A DNA stretch of 63,845 bases, the filler included. It is 6 parts of 6 records of this genome, joined end to end, with 100 filler letters (N's around TTAATTAATTAA, not from the genome) between each part and the next. Parts side by side here need not be neighbours in the genome. Positions count along the whole stretch, not along the records: positions 33,091 to 45,560 come from DRR723986_8737; positions 45,661 to 58,418 come from DRR723986_8753; 4 more parts are not named here. One strand, 5' to 3'. Under the pieces are notes generated by a model. That model saw only the letters and a list, made by a program, of their open reading frames with translations. It made no database searches and was not told where the DNA came from. Positions within the stretch are counted from its first letter, which is position 1, and every line of letters begins with the position of its first letter. The position numbers and the translations under genes are program-made. Of the stretch, positions 39,554-49,719 are shown one piece after another.

Positions 39554-40339
39554 ATGAAAGGTTCATTTTTCCGCGACGCGATTTTCATGATACTCGCCGC
39601 TTCGGCAATTGGGTTGATCTACAACAACTTTGCACCTGAGTCCATAAGTCTTTGGCGTGAAAAAGCTGAGATGGTTGAAGTCAGTGATGATGAACTGCTG
39701 CGCAAACTCGGTGGCGGCGTATCTGGCCAAACAACTGATGGAACAGAGCAGAACCCTGACAAACAGACAGCAGGTGAATCGGAACTGCCCGACGCCTCCG
39801 CGCCTGAGTCCTCAGAATCAAATGCAACTGCACCTGATGGTTCTAAGCCCGAGGAGAGGCCCACAGACGCGAATGCTGCGTCCCACAGCGAGGAAAACGC
39901 CGCCGTGGCAAATGAACAAGCGCCGGCGACGCAGGAGTCCGCCAAACCCGCTACCCAAACGCAGGACGGACAAGCTGCAGCGGCCGAACCAGCGGCTGAA
40001 GAGCTAGGCGAAGACTCGGGGCCCATAAAGAACCTGAAGTATGCCCAAGTAGCCAAAATGGTCGATAATGACCGCGTCCAGTTTATTGATGCACGCAAGG
40101 CCGATGAGTTTCAGGCAGGCAAAATCGGCAATGCCGTCAATATCCATACCCCTGAGCACGAAGAACACCTGCCAATGATGCTGGCCTGGCCGCGCGACAA
40201 ACTCTACGTCGTGTATTGTGGCGGCGGTAATTGTGACCTCAGCAATGAACTCGCTGAGATAATGATGGGTTTTGGCTTTGAGGATGTGTACGTGTATAAG
40301 GGTGGTTACACCGAATGGACTGCTGAACAAGGCAAGTAG
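39554..40339 (+). CDS. Membrane-anchored rhodanese-domain protein
   Basis: N-terminal TM, long acidic linker, FIDAR, YCGGGNCDLS, YKGGYTEW. Confidence 0.88.
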   Translation: MKGSFFRDAIFMILAASAIGLIYNNFAPESISLWREKAEMVEVSDDELLRKLGGGVSGQTTDGTEQNPDKQTAGESELPDASAPESSESNATAPDGSKPEERPTDANAASHSEENAAVANEQAPATQESAKPATQTQDGQAAAAEPAAEELGEDSGPIKNLKYAQVAKMVDNDRVQFIDARKADEFQAGKIGNAVNIHTPEHEEHLPMMLAWPRDKLYVVYCGGGNCDLSNELAEIMMGFGFEDVYVYKGGYTEWTAEQGK

Positions 40340-40370
40340 GCTTGAGGACTTCCGGTTCCAGGCAGCTTGC

Positions 40371-40398
40371 ATTCTGAATTTTGCATTCTGAATTTTGA
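40371..40398 (+). repeat. Four heptamer tandem repeats
   Basis: ATTCTGA ATTTTGC ATTCTGA ATTTTGA. Confidence 0.75.
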
Positions 40399-40413
40399 AT
40401 CCCGGGGAAGGGC

Positions 40414-41604
40414 GTGGACTTAACCACGATCAAACAACGATTTGGTATTAGTGGTGACTCATCACAGATTCAGCAGGCCGTCGAACGCCTGGTGCAGGTG
40501 GCTCCCACACATCTGAGCGTCTTGATTACCGGCGAAAGTGGCACCGGCAAGGACGTGTTTGCACGGGCGATTCACGGCCTGAGCAACCGCTCCACCAAAA
40601 AACTGGTGAGCCTGAATTGTGGTGCGATTCCGGAAAACTTGTTGGAATCTGAATTATTCGGCCACGAACGCGGTGCATTCACAGGTGCCGTAGAGCGCCG
40701 CAAAGGCTACTTTGAAGCTGCCGACGGTGGTACGATTTTTCTGGATGAAATTGGCGAAATGCCACTCGCCACGCAGGTTAAACTATTGCGCGTCCTGGAA
40801 AGCGGCGAGTTTTCGCGCGTTGGATCATCCGATTCGATTCATACCGATGTACGCGTGCTGGCTGCCACAAACAGGACACTCGAACAGGACGTGCTGGAAG
40901 GGCTCTTCCGGCAGGATTTGTACTTCAGGCTCAATGCTGTGCAGATTCACCTGCCGCCGCTGCGTGAGCGCCCCGAAGACATTCCACCGCTTGTAGAAAA
41001 ATTTGCCATGAGCGTAGCTGAACAGCACGGTTTTGAATACAAGGGCATTAGCGCCGAAGCCACACAGTTCCTCAAAAACTTGCCGTGGCAGGGTAATGTT
41101 CGCGAACTGCGCAACATGATTATTACGATGGCGACACTGGAGCGTGGTGAGCAGATAACACCGGAGATGATTCGACCGTACGTGCCGCGTGCGCTCAAAG
41201 CTCCCGGGCCGTATGATGCCGGTCGTACATATCCCGGTGGCGCTGCACAACAGTCACAATTGGTGCATGTACCTGGAAAAACGTCCGACCAGGTTGAACG
41301 TGAGTTGATTTACAAGACCGTGTTGGAGATTCAGGCAGAACTTAAGGAGCTTAAGCAGGCCTTATTCCGCCGCGAGGACGATCGCCGCCGCCGTCGTTAT
41401 GAGTTGCCTCCAGTAGAAGAAATAGATGCCGTGGATGCCGGTGAGGCCACTGAAGTCGGTGAATTTGACCTGGAGAAGTCGGAAGAAGAGTTAATCAGCC
41501 GCGCACTTGAGCATGTAGCCGGCAACCGGCGCAAAGCTGCCGAAATTTTAGGGATTTCCGAGCGAACCCTCTACCGTCGCCTCGAAAAGTTCGGATTGAT
41601 TTAG
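40414..41604 (+). CDS. Sigma54-dependent activator (AAA+ and Fis HTH, no sensory domain)
   Basis: [59 protein letters not shown]. Confidence 0.95.
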   Translation: MDLTTIKQRFGISGDSSQIQQAVERLVQVAPTHLSVLITGESGTGKDVFARAIHGLSNRSTKKLVSLNCGAIPENLLESELFGHERGAFTGAVERRKGYFEAADGGTIFLDEIGEMPLATQVKLLRVLESGEFSRVGSSDSIHTDVRVLAATNRTLEQDVLEGLFRQDLYFRLNAVQIHLPPLRERPEDIPPLVEKFAMSVAEQHGFEYKGISAEATQFLKNLPWQGNVRELRNMIITMATLERGEQITPEMIRPYVPRALKAPGPYDAGRTYPGGAAQQSQLVHVPGKTSDQVERELIYKTVLEIQAELKELKQALFRREDDRRRRRYELPPVEEIDAVDAGEATEVGEFDLEKSEEELISRALEHVAGNRRKAAEILGISERTLYRRLEKFGLI

Positions 41605-41619
41605 AGTGGTGATCCGGCA

Positions 41620-41650
41620 TGTTGCTTCAGGCTGTTGCTTCAGGCTGTTG
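41620..41650 (+). repeat. 13-bp tandem duplication
   Basis: TGTTGCTTCAGGC x2 plus TGTTG. Confidence 0.75.
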
Positions 41651-41744
41651 ATCCAGTCGTTTGCCGGCAGCGCATGCAGGCAATATTTTCTATTGGTGTA
41701 TGTGTTTTTTTGAGCTGCCGCTTGCGGTGTGCAATTAAATCATG

Positions 41745-42431
41745 TCAGGAATCAGAGTTTTCTTCACTTTCTGAATCTTCCTCACGAATTTGATCTATCG
41801 ATACTTCCGTAATCTCTAAGTAGTCGGCCGAGTGCCTGATGCGCACAAAGGTATCTTGTGGCGCGTCTGCCGCGCTTCCTGCTTCACCGGGTGGGCGCGC
41901 GACCTGGGCACCCATGCCGAGCATCAACCAGTTGAGGTTGCATCCCAGGGCTGCCAGTTCTTCCAGCAATCCGTAGGTCGGTTTACGTGATTCGAGGAAA
42001 GGCTGAATGTCTTTGGTCTTTTTGCCCAACTGCGCTGCAAACTCATCGACAGAATTGAAGTTGACTTTCACAAAGTCGTTCAGACGTGAGTTGATGCTTT
42101 CGCCACTTTCGGCTTTTGTCTGTACTGCCAGTTTGCGGCGCAGCTTGCGTCCTGCAGCATTGTTGGCAAAAATCACACCTGTGCCCGTGATCAACCACTC
42201 CAGGCCAAAGCCGAGGCGGTAGAGCCGCAGGAGAATGTTCATGCCAGGCTTCGTCCGGTTGTGGAAGTAATTGTATAAGCCTGGTGACGCCATTCCCCAT
42301 TGGTCCGCGAGCTTTTTGGTTCCGCCGACAATGTCCGAAACTTTGCGTAAGCGATAGCCAAATGTGGCTTCGTAGCCTGGTTCATCGATGCCGGCGTCTT
42401 TATTATTTTCCTTTCGGCCAGTGTTTTCCAT
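41745..42431 (-). CDS. Protein with two tandem XRE/CI-like HTH domains
   Basis: Repeat 1 RL...KKLADQWGM...KPG...GFGLEWLITGTG; repeat 2 RL...DEFAAQLGK...KPT...GCNLNWLMLGMG. Confidence 0.8.
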   Translation of the reverse strand: MENTGRKENNKDAGIDEPGYEATFGYRLRKVSDIVGGTKKLADQWGMASPGLYNYFHNRTKPGMNILLRLYRLGFGLEWLITGTGVIFANNAAGRKLRRKLAVQTKAESGESINSRLNDFVKVNFNSVDEFAAQLGKKTKDIQPFLESRKPTYGLLEELAALGCNLNWLMLGMGAQVARPPGEAGSAADAPQDTFVRIRHSADYLEITEVSIDQIREEDSESEENSDS

Positions 42432-43222
42432 TGTTTTGCCGCGAACGATATTTGCAGATTTGTAATTGATTGCTTAATTTTCTGATGGCTGTATTACGTA
42501 TGTGATTCGAAGTAACAGGCTTAATCGCACAATTATCATCTGCCAGCCTCTTTCTGTTCCGAAGCTTGCACCAATAACACTATGTTACGCCAAAGTCGAA
42601 AATACGTAAGAGCACACTAATGCAGTGGCTAAAAATGCACTATAATTGTTTCGCAGAAATAATTATCTGATGAAGTCAGCAATAACTGGCTTTAGTCAGA
42701 TCAGTATCCTGGTTTTAGAATCTGGATATTTAGCGTCAGCACACAGTCAGAGCGGCAGCATGCCAGTATCTCAGGTGCTGACGCAATTCGGGGTACCGCA
42801 TGTTATAAACAGATCACCATTCACTGAGCCGAGCGAAGTTTCGGCAGCAATGTTAAGTATATGATTAGTTGTAGCTTACTTGAGATGACATAGCGAACTT
42901 GCTTAATTAAATCAAATAATCCAAGCTCGGAAATCACCCGGACTATAAAACTACAGGCAAGCCCCGGCACCAGTGCCACGGTGCTTCCATCAGCCGTCAG
43001 CTCTTGTAGGCATCATCGGCAGTACATGCTCATAACCTGAGCCAAAGCCCGCGAAAATTCGGGAAAGAGGGTGAGTTCTGGTGGTGGGGCAAGGTACAAG
43101 TTTTTGCCGTTCATGTGCTAATTGCAGCCATTCACCTGGAAATCACGCTACATTGACACGATTGTACTTTTAAGATCACACATGCTGTTGCACATTCATC
43201 GCCATAATTCGCGGGAAACTAC

Positions 43223-44500
43223 TTGAAGTTGATTTTGCCGGAAATCGAACCTTGGGACGGAAATATGCAGAAGAACGGAAAAAAAGCAGAAGTACTGAAT
43301 AGTGAGCAGCGCCATGTGCCATTGACAGCTGAACAAACCGAAGCGTTGGCTGCCTTGCCGGAAAAATACTTGCAGAAGCTGATCAGACAGCTCTTTGCTC
43401 AGGTGGGCCGCCGCTGGCTGACAGTTTGTAAGAGCAACCTTGAGATTATTGCCTGCGGCGAGTGGAACTTCGATGCCGGACCAGATTTTAGTCAGGCCGC
43501 AGTTGTGATAGGTGGGGAGATTGTGTGTGGAGACATTGAAGTGCACATTCGCGCTTCGGACTGGCGGCGGCACGGCCATCAGCGCGATGCAAGGTATGCG
43601 GATGTGCTGCTACATGCTGTGCTTGAGAATGATTCTGCAGAAACGTTTGGGCGGTATACATTGGTGCTGCCAAGCGACGAGTTGTACGCTTTATGGCAGG
43701 CGGATCTGCGAAATAGAAAACGAACAAGACCCAACGATCACGATGTCGTGGAATCGCTTCAGGTGCTGCAGGACTATGCGATTCGCCGTCTTGAGCGCAA
43801 AATATCATACGCACGCGAATTGCTTGACCTTTTTGATTTGGAGGCCGCTCTGGCGCGCATGCTGAAGATGTACATGCAGTCGTTTTTGCGGCGCAAGCGC
43901 CGCCCCAGCTCCGGAGAACGGTCCGTAGAGCGCTGGCAGCAGGCGGTTTTACAATCGGCGATTCCACGCATGCTGCGATTGTTGCAGGAACAGCGCCTGC
44001 GCGAAGATATTGGCGACTGCATGCAAAAGATAGCGCAAACGCGAATTCTGGATGAAGGTGAAGGGCTGCGCAGTGAAATATTGATAAATGTTGTCCTGCC
44101 AATGGTTTTACAGATCTCCGGTTCGGAGCAACGTCGCCGTGCACTCGAATGGTATTGGGCCTTACCCACCACGCAGTTTTATGGCCGCCTGCGGCGTGTG
44201 TTCCGTCAATTACCACAAGACACTGTTTGGCAGCAACAGGGAATGTTGGAATATTTTCACGAAATTCGCTCTGGACGTCAGCGCGTTTGTGATCTAATGT
44301 TTCGGTACAATGCCGATGCGCATCAGGAGTCAAGACGTATCTATTTTTCCGGTGACGTCCCCGCAGTTGAAGCGCAGGTTTCGCTGAGAAACAAGTGCCA
44401 ATCCGGGATTGCAGATGCGGCACTGCAGGCCGGCCGAGGAACACTTTCCGGCACGCAGACTTGTAACGCGCAGCTGGAGACGGGGCGTGTTGCCGCGTAG
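43223..44500 (+). CDS. DUF2851 family protein (start may be 43265)
   Basis: GEWNFDAGPDF, GDIEVH, SDWRRHGH..D..Y..V.LH.V, INVVLP, QQQG.LE. Confidence 0.8.
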   Translation: MKLILPEIEPWDGNMQKNGKKAEVLNSEQRHVPLTAEQTEALAALPEKYLQKLIRQLFAQVGRRWLTVCKSNLEIIACGEWNFDAGPDFSQAAVVIGGEIVCGDIEVHIRASDWRRHGHQRDARYADVLLHAVLENDSAETFGRYTLVLPSDELYALWQADLRNRKRTRPNDHDVVESLQVLQDYAIRRLERKISYARELLDLFDLEAALARMLKMYMQSFLRRKRRPSSGERSVERWQQAVLQSAIPRMLRLLQEQRLREDIGDCMQKIAQTRILDEGEGLRSEILINVVLPMVLQISGSEQRRRALEWYWALPTTQFYGRLRRVFRQLPQDTVWQQQGMLEYFHEIRSGRQRVCDLMFRYNADAHQESRRIYFSGDVPAVEAQVSLRNKCQSGIADAALQAGRGTLSGTQTCNAQLETGRVAA

Positions 44501-44708
44501 GTGTGCCGATTTATGTTGCTGCGCACATTGCGGTAGTGAACCGCTGGGAAGTGTTTTTCCGGTGCATCCAGGTATTAGATTGCCGCAGCAAATCGCCGAG
44601 ATGCGCATCCTGCGACGAATGCCGGCATCGAGTCCGGTGACCTTGCTTAAAAACTGGGCAGCACTCGCATAGTCCGCACAGAGACCGAATGATGGAGTTA
44701 GCTTAGGA

Positions 44709-45560
44709 ATGTTAAATGTCCTGTATGTAAGTCATTTGAATGACCTGAGTCGAGGTGGGCAGCGTAGTCTGTTGACATTAGTTGAGCATCTGGACCGTTC
44801 GGTGGTGCAGCCCTACCTCGTAGTTAATGCCGAAGGTGAATTGGCTGATGTTTTTCGTCAACTGGGTGCAAAAGTATTTGTGCTTCCCTTCCCTTCGCTT
44901 AGCCCTAAACGCATTGTATCCGTCATCCGCGCGATTCGCCGTTTGCGACAGATTATACGTGAGAACAATATAGACCTTGTCCACTCAGACCATGAACGCG
45001 CGACCTTGTATTGTGGATACGCCGCCCGCAGGACTTCTGCCTCCGTGATTTGGCATGTGCGTGTAGTGGAGGCGCACCATTTAGACAAGGCGGTTGTGGC
45101 CAAAACCGATCACATCATTGGAATTTCTGATGGTGTATTTGCGCGGTTTGATTCAAAAATTGATCGCAGAAAGTGCCACAAGGTCTTTAATGGCGTTGAC
45201 CGGAATGTCTTTAAACCGGCCGAAGATGTTAAGTCGTTGCGCGCAACATTGGACCTGCCGCCTGAGCGCATGATTTTTGCGTTCGTGGGGCAAATCAACG
45301 AGCGCAAGGGAGTTCTGGACCTGCTCAAGGCCTGGAAACTTCTGGCGCAAGCCAACTGCAATCCGATGCCACTGCTCTTAATCATTGGGCGGCGACAAGC
45401 CGGTGGTGCCTGGGAGCCGGAATATGAGAGACTCCTTGCTTCGGGAGAATTAGACGGGCATGTTAGAGAGTTGCCGCAGCAGGCCAACATTCAGGATTGG
45501 TTTGCGGCTGTCGACGTCACAATCCTGCCCTCGCACGAAGGTGTTGAAGGCATGGGGCGT
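44709..45560 (+). CDS. Glycosyltransferase family 4 (3'-truncated)
   Basis: GGQRSL, NGVD...F, VGQINERKG, PSHEGVEGMG. Confidence 0.9.
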
Positions 45561-45660
45561 NNNNNNNNNNNNNNNNNNNNNNNNNNNNNNNNNNNNNNNN
45601 NNNNTTAATTAATTAANNNNNNNNNNNNNNNNNNNNNNNNNNNNNNNNNNNNNNNNNNNN
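45561..45660. other. Artificial contig spacer
   Basis: N-run, TTAATTAATTAA, N-run. Confidence 0.98.
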
Positions 45661-47634
45661 CCGGTTCGCGAAGAACCCGCGCCGGTGCCAAAGGCCTCCA
45701 CTGCGGAGCCAGCCCCGACCAAACCGGTTCCGGCACCTGCGAAACCGGAGAAATCCGCGGCCCAGGCGCGCAAGAAAGCCGCCGATGCACAGAGAGCCGC
45801 CCAGGAAACCATTCGGGTATCGGCACCGCTGCTGGATGAGCTGGTTAACCTGGCCGGTGAAACCAGTATTACCCGCGGTCGCCTGGAGCAACAGAGCAGT
45901 GATTTCAGTTACACCCTGGACGAAATGGCCGCCACCATCGAACGTCTGCGGGAACAGCTGCGGCGCATGGATATCGAAACCGAAGCGCAGATCCTGTTCC
46001 GGGCCGAGCAGGAGCACGGGCCAGACTACGGCGACGATTTCGATCCGCTGGAAATGGACCGCTACTCCTCCATCCAGCAGCTGTCACGGGCCCTGAGCGA
46101 ATCCACTTCGGACCTTGCTGATTTGCGTGAAACCCTGTCCGAGCGGGTTCGGGACACCGAAACCCTGCTGGTTCAGCAATCACGAATCAATACGGAACTC
46201 CAGGAAGGTCTGATGAAGACCCGGATGATTCCGTTCTCCTCCATGGTGCCCCGTCTGCGCCGCATCGTGCGCCAGATCAGTGGCGAACTCGGCAAGAAAG
46301 TCGATTTCGACGTACGCAATGCTGAAGGGGAAATGGACCGGAACATTCTGGAGCGGATGGTCGCGCCGCTTGAGCACATGCTCCGCAACGCGCTGGACCA
46401 CGGCATCGAAACGCCGGAAGACCGCACCAAGGCAGGCAAACCGGCCACAGGTGAAGTGGTTCTGTCCCTGACCCGGGAAGGCGGTGATGTGGTGTTGAGG
46501 ATGATGGACGACGGTAAAGGCATTCCGTCCGACGTTATCCGCGACAAGGCCGTTCGCCAGGGCCTGATGCGCGCCGACGAAGACCTCTCGGAAAGGGAAA
46601 TCCTGCAGTTCATTCTGCAGCCGGGCTTCTCCACCGCCCAGCAGGTTACCCAGATTTCCGGTCGTGGCGTGGGCATGGACGTGGTTGCCAGCGAAATCAA
46701 ACAGCTCGGCGGCAGCCTCGACATCGATTCCGCCCTGGGCCGTGGCACCACCTTCACCGTACGCCTGCCGTTCACCGTGTCGGTCAACCGGGCATTGATG
46801 GTGTCCACCGGGGAAGATTTCTACGCCATCCCGCTCAACACCATCGAAGGTATTGTCCGGGTCAGCACCTACGAGCTGGAAGAGTACTACAAGCCAGACG
46901 CCCCCATGTACGAGTATGCCGGCCAGCAGTATCGCCTGCAGTACCTGGGCAGCCTACTCAACAGTGACCACCAGCCCAAGCTTCAGGGCCAGGCTCTGCC
47001 ACTGCCGGTCATTCTGGTGCGCGGCGCGGAGCAGCCCATGGCTCTACAGGTGGACCAGCTGATGGGTAGCCGGGAAATCGTGGTTAAATCCCTCGGGCCG
47101 CAGTTCAGTTCCGTCCGGGGCGTTTCCGGTGCCACCATTCTCGGTGACGGCAACGTGGTTGTGATTCTCGACTTGCCGGCGATGATCCGCTCCGACATCC
47201 TGTCCGAACGCCAGCGCCTGGCGAATCTGGAAAAGGCACGGGACAGCGCCCGCTACGAGGAAAAAGCCACGACGGTTATGGTGGTGGACGACTCCGTTAC
47301 GGTGCGCAAGGTGACCTCCCGTCTGCTGGAGCGCAATGGCATGGAAGTGGTGACCGCCAAAGATGGTCTCGACGCCGTTGCCCAGCTTCAGGACCACCGG
47401 CCGGACATCATCCTGCTCGATATCGAAATGCCCCGTATGGATGGTTTCGAAGTGGCCAGCTTTGTGCGCCACGACGACAACCTGAAAGATACGCCGATCT
47501 GCATGATCACCTCGCGGACGGGCGAGAAGCACCGGGAACGTGCTCTGGCCATCGGGGTCAACGAGTACCTTGGCAAGCCGTTCCAGGAAACCGAGCTGCT
47601 TGACACCATCAAGCGGCTGACCGGGAACCGGTGA
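45661..47634 (+). CDS. chpA: Pil-Chp chemosensory histidine kinase (C-terminal part)
   Basis: ETIRV..LLDELVNLAGE, EHMLRNALDHGIE, SGRGVGMDVV, CheW domain, C-terminal REC domain (DIEMPRMDG). Confidence 0.93.
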   Translation, partial: PVREEPAPVPKASTAEPAPTKPVPAPAKPEKSAAQARKKAADAQRAAQETIRVSAPLLDELVNLAGETSITRGRLEQQSSDFSYTLDEMAATIERLREQLRRMDIETEAQILFRAEQEHGPDYGDDFDPLEMDRYSSIQQLSRALSESTSDLADLRETLSERVRDTETLLVQQSRINTELQEGLMKTRMIPFSSMVPRLRRIVRQISGELGKKVDFDVRNAEGEMDRNILERMVAPLEHMLRNALDHGIETPEDRTKAGKPATGEVVLSLTREGGDVVLRMMDDGKGIPSDVIRDKAVRQGLMRADEDLSEREILQFILQPGFSTAQQVTQISGRGVGMDVVASEIKQLGGSLDIDSALGRGTTFTVRLPFTVSVNRALMVSTGEDFYAIPLNTIEGIVRVSTYELEEYYKPDAPMYEYAGQQYRLQYLGSLLNSDHQPKLQGQALPLPVILVRGAEQPMALQVDQLMGSREIVVKSLGPQFSSVRGVSGATILGDGNVVVILDLPAMIRSDILSERQRLANLEKARDSARYEEKATTVMVVDDSVTVRKVTSRLLERNGMEVVTAKDGLDAVAQLQDHRPDIILLDIEMPRMDGFEVASFVRHDDNLKDTPICMITSRTGEKHRERALAIGVNEYLGKPFQETELLDTIKRLTGNR

Positions 47635-48686
47635 TGGCCGGCCCTCACGGCCGGCCTGGCGTCGGGATTGTGTCCGATGTGGTGCTGCAACGGCATCGGC
47701 TGCAGGCGGCGACCGGAAAATTTGGCCTGGACGTCAGCTTCTCGGGAGATCCCGAGCGGCTGATGGACTACCCGGTGTTTCCGGACGCGGCGCTCTGGCT
47801 GGTGACCCTGGAAGACGAAGCGGATCACCCGGCACTGTTCGAGCATCTGCTGGAAAATACAGAAGCACCGGTCTTATTCGGCCTGGACCAGGCTCCCAAG
47901 CCCGGCACCACGGAATACTTTCGCTGGGAACGCCGGCTGCTCGACAAGCTGGAAAAACAACTCGGGCATCTGGAGCAGCTGGATACCGCCAACGACATTG
48001 AAGAGCTGGCCGAGACCACGCCAGATGCGGTGGACGCGCCGACGCTGCCACACTGGATAACTCCGGCGGCGCCGGGCTCGGTGGCTGAGGAAGTCTGGAT
48101 TCTCGGAGCCTCGCTGGGCGGTCCTGCAGCGGTGAAGACCTTTCTCGATCACCTGCCGCCAAGGCTACCGGTCGGGTTTATCTATGCCCAACATATTGAT
48201 GGCAATTTTACCGAAGTCCTCACCCGGGTTCTGGGCCGGCACGCCCACTATTCGCTGAAGCGGGCCGAGGAGGGCTATCGGGTACGCAATGGCGATGTGG
48301 TGCTGATGCCGGTAGAAAGAGAGTGGTGCTTTGATCGCCAGGGCCAGCTGACGGAACAGAATCATCCCTGGCCGGGCCCTTATGGCCCATCGATAGATCA
48401 GGTGTTGCTGAACGTGGCGGATCACTATGGCAAACACTGCCATGCCATCCTGTTTTCCGGCATGGGCAACGACGGCGCTATCGCTGCACCCATGCTGAAG
48501 GCCTATGGCAGCCGCATCTGGGTTCAGGAAAGCACCAGTTGTGGTAACAGCTCCATGCCCGATTCGGTGGCCGCCACCGGCTGCGCCAGTTTCTGTGGCA
48601 CTCCGGAGCAACTGGCCAGGGAACTGGTAAAAGTCATTGAGAACAACTGCCTGCTCAAGGGCCGGCAAAAACGGGATTCCGCCTGA
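47631..48686 (+). CDS. chpB: CheB-like methylesterase
   Basis: GASLGGP, AQHI, SGMGNDG; follows chpA. Confidence 0.88.
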   Translation: MMAGPHGRPGVGIVSDVVLQRHRLQAATGKFGLDVSFSGDPERLMDYPVFPDAALWLVTLEDEADHPALFEHLLENTEAPVLFGLDQAPKPGTTEYFRWERRLLDKLEKQLGHLEQLDTANDIEELAETTPDAVDAPTLPHWITPAAPGSVAEEVWILGASLGGPAAVKTFLDHLPPRLPVGFIYAQHIDGNFTEVLTRVLGRHAHYSLKRAEEGYRVRNGDVVLMPVEREWCFDRQGQLTEQNHPWPGPYGPSIDQVLLNVADHYGKHCHAILFSGMGNDGAIAAPMLKAYGSRIWVQESTSCGNSSMPDSVAATGCASFCGTPEQLARELVKVIENNCLLKGRQKRDSA

Positions 48687-48697
48687 GGTAACAAGCA

Positions 48698-49159
48698 ATG
48701 AGTGAAAACAGCCAATCCCTGTCCTGCGTCATGATACCGGTCTCGGACCGCCAGCTCCTGCTGCCCAACGTCTCCATTGCCGAGGTGGTGGATTTCACCA
48801 GCAACGATGCCGGCGCCAATACACCGGACTGGCTGGCCGGATTCCTGGACTGGCGCGGGCTCACACTGCCGGTCATTTCCTACGATGCCGCCAACGGCAA
48901 CAAGCTCACCATCCCTGGTGACAACCGTGGCCGCATCATTATCCTCAATACCATCGGCCCGAATCACCAGAGCACCCCGTTCATGGCCCTGGTCACCCAG
49001 GGCATTCCCAGCCAGGCGCGCCTGATGGAAGACCAGATCCGACAACTGGACGGCGACCCCGGCCCTGCGGACCTGATGCAGGTGGAAGTAGACGGCGAGC
49101 CAGCCTGGATCCCGAATCTGGAATACCTGGAATCCCTGGCCGTCGACGCACATCACTGA
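48698..49159 (+). CDS. chpC: CheW-like protein
   Basis: LLLPNVSIAEVV, W..G...WRG..LPVISY; standard chpABC order. Confidence 0.88.
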   Translation: MSENSQSLSCVMIPVSDRQLLLPNVSIAEVVDFTSNDAGANTPDWLAGFLDWRGLTLPVISYDAANGNKLTIPGDNRGRIIILNTIGPNHQSTPFMALVTQGIPSQARLMEDQIRQLDGDPGPADLMQVEVDGEPAWIPNLEYLESLAVDAHH

Positions 49160-49188
49160 GCCTCCGGTCGGCATGGCGTGGCCGCCTG

Positions 49189-49211
49189 CAAATGTTATAA
49201 TGTTGCAAATT
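49189..49211 (+). promoter_or_regulatory. Zur box
   Basis: CAAATGTTATAATGTTGCAAATT resembles the consensus GAAATGTTATA-N-TATAACATTTC and lies directly upstream of zur-znuCB. Confidence 0.75.
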
Positions 49212-49227
49212 TTGCAGGATCCACGCC

Positions 49228-49719
49228 ATGCCGGAACGCGCACTTCCCTACCGTCCCCATAACCATCAGGCCTGTGTCGCCCAGGCGTTGTCCGATGCCC
49301 ATGCCATCTGCCGCGATGAAAACGCCCGCCTGACTCCGATCCGTGAACGGGTACTGGAGTTGATCTGGCAATCCCACAAGCCGCTGGGCGCCTACGATAT
49401 TCTGGCCAAACTGTCCTCGGATGGACATAACGCAGCCCCCCCCACGGTCTACCGGGCCCTGGACTTTCTGCTTCAACATGGACTGGTTCACCGGATTGCC
49501 TCGCTCAACGCCTTCGTCGGCTGTGCCCATGCCGGTGAACATCATCGCGGTACTTTTCTGATCTGCCGACAGTGCGGCACGGTGCTGGAACTGGCCATGC
49601 CGGAACTCAATCAGGCCATCGAATCCGCGGCGCGCGCGGAAGCCTTCCTTCCTGACGACGTTACCCTCGAAGTGGCTGGTCTCTGCCCTCGCTGTCAGGG
49701 GGAGCAAACGAATGACTGA
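49228..49719 (+). CDS. zur: Zinc uptake regulator
   Basis: RLTPIRERVL, PPTVYRALDFL, two CxxC motifs; upstream of znuCB. Confidence 0.92.
   Translation: MPERALPYRPHNHQACVAQALSDAHAICRDENARLTPIRERVLELIWQSHKPLGAYDILAKLSSDGHNAAPPTVYRALDFLLQHGLVHRIASLNAFVGCAHAGEHHRGTFLICRQCGTVLELAMPELNQAIESAARAEAFLPDDVTLEVAGLCPRCQGEQTND

Noticed and set aside
44409..44672. Cys-rich 87-aa ORF (CCCAHC) between the DUF2851 and GT4 genes
   Set aside because: Overlaps the DUF2851 3' end substantially, with no clear RBS or family motif.
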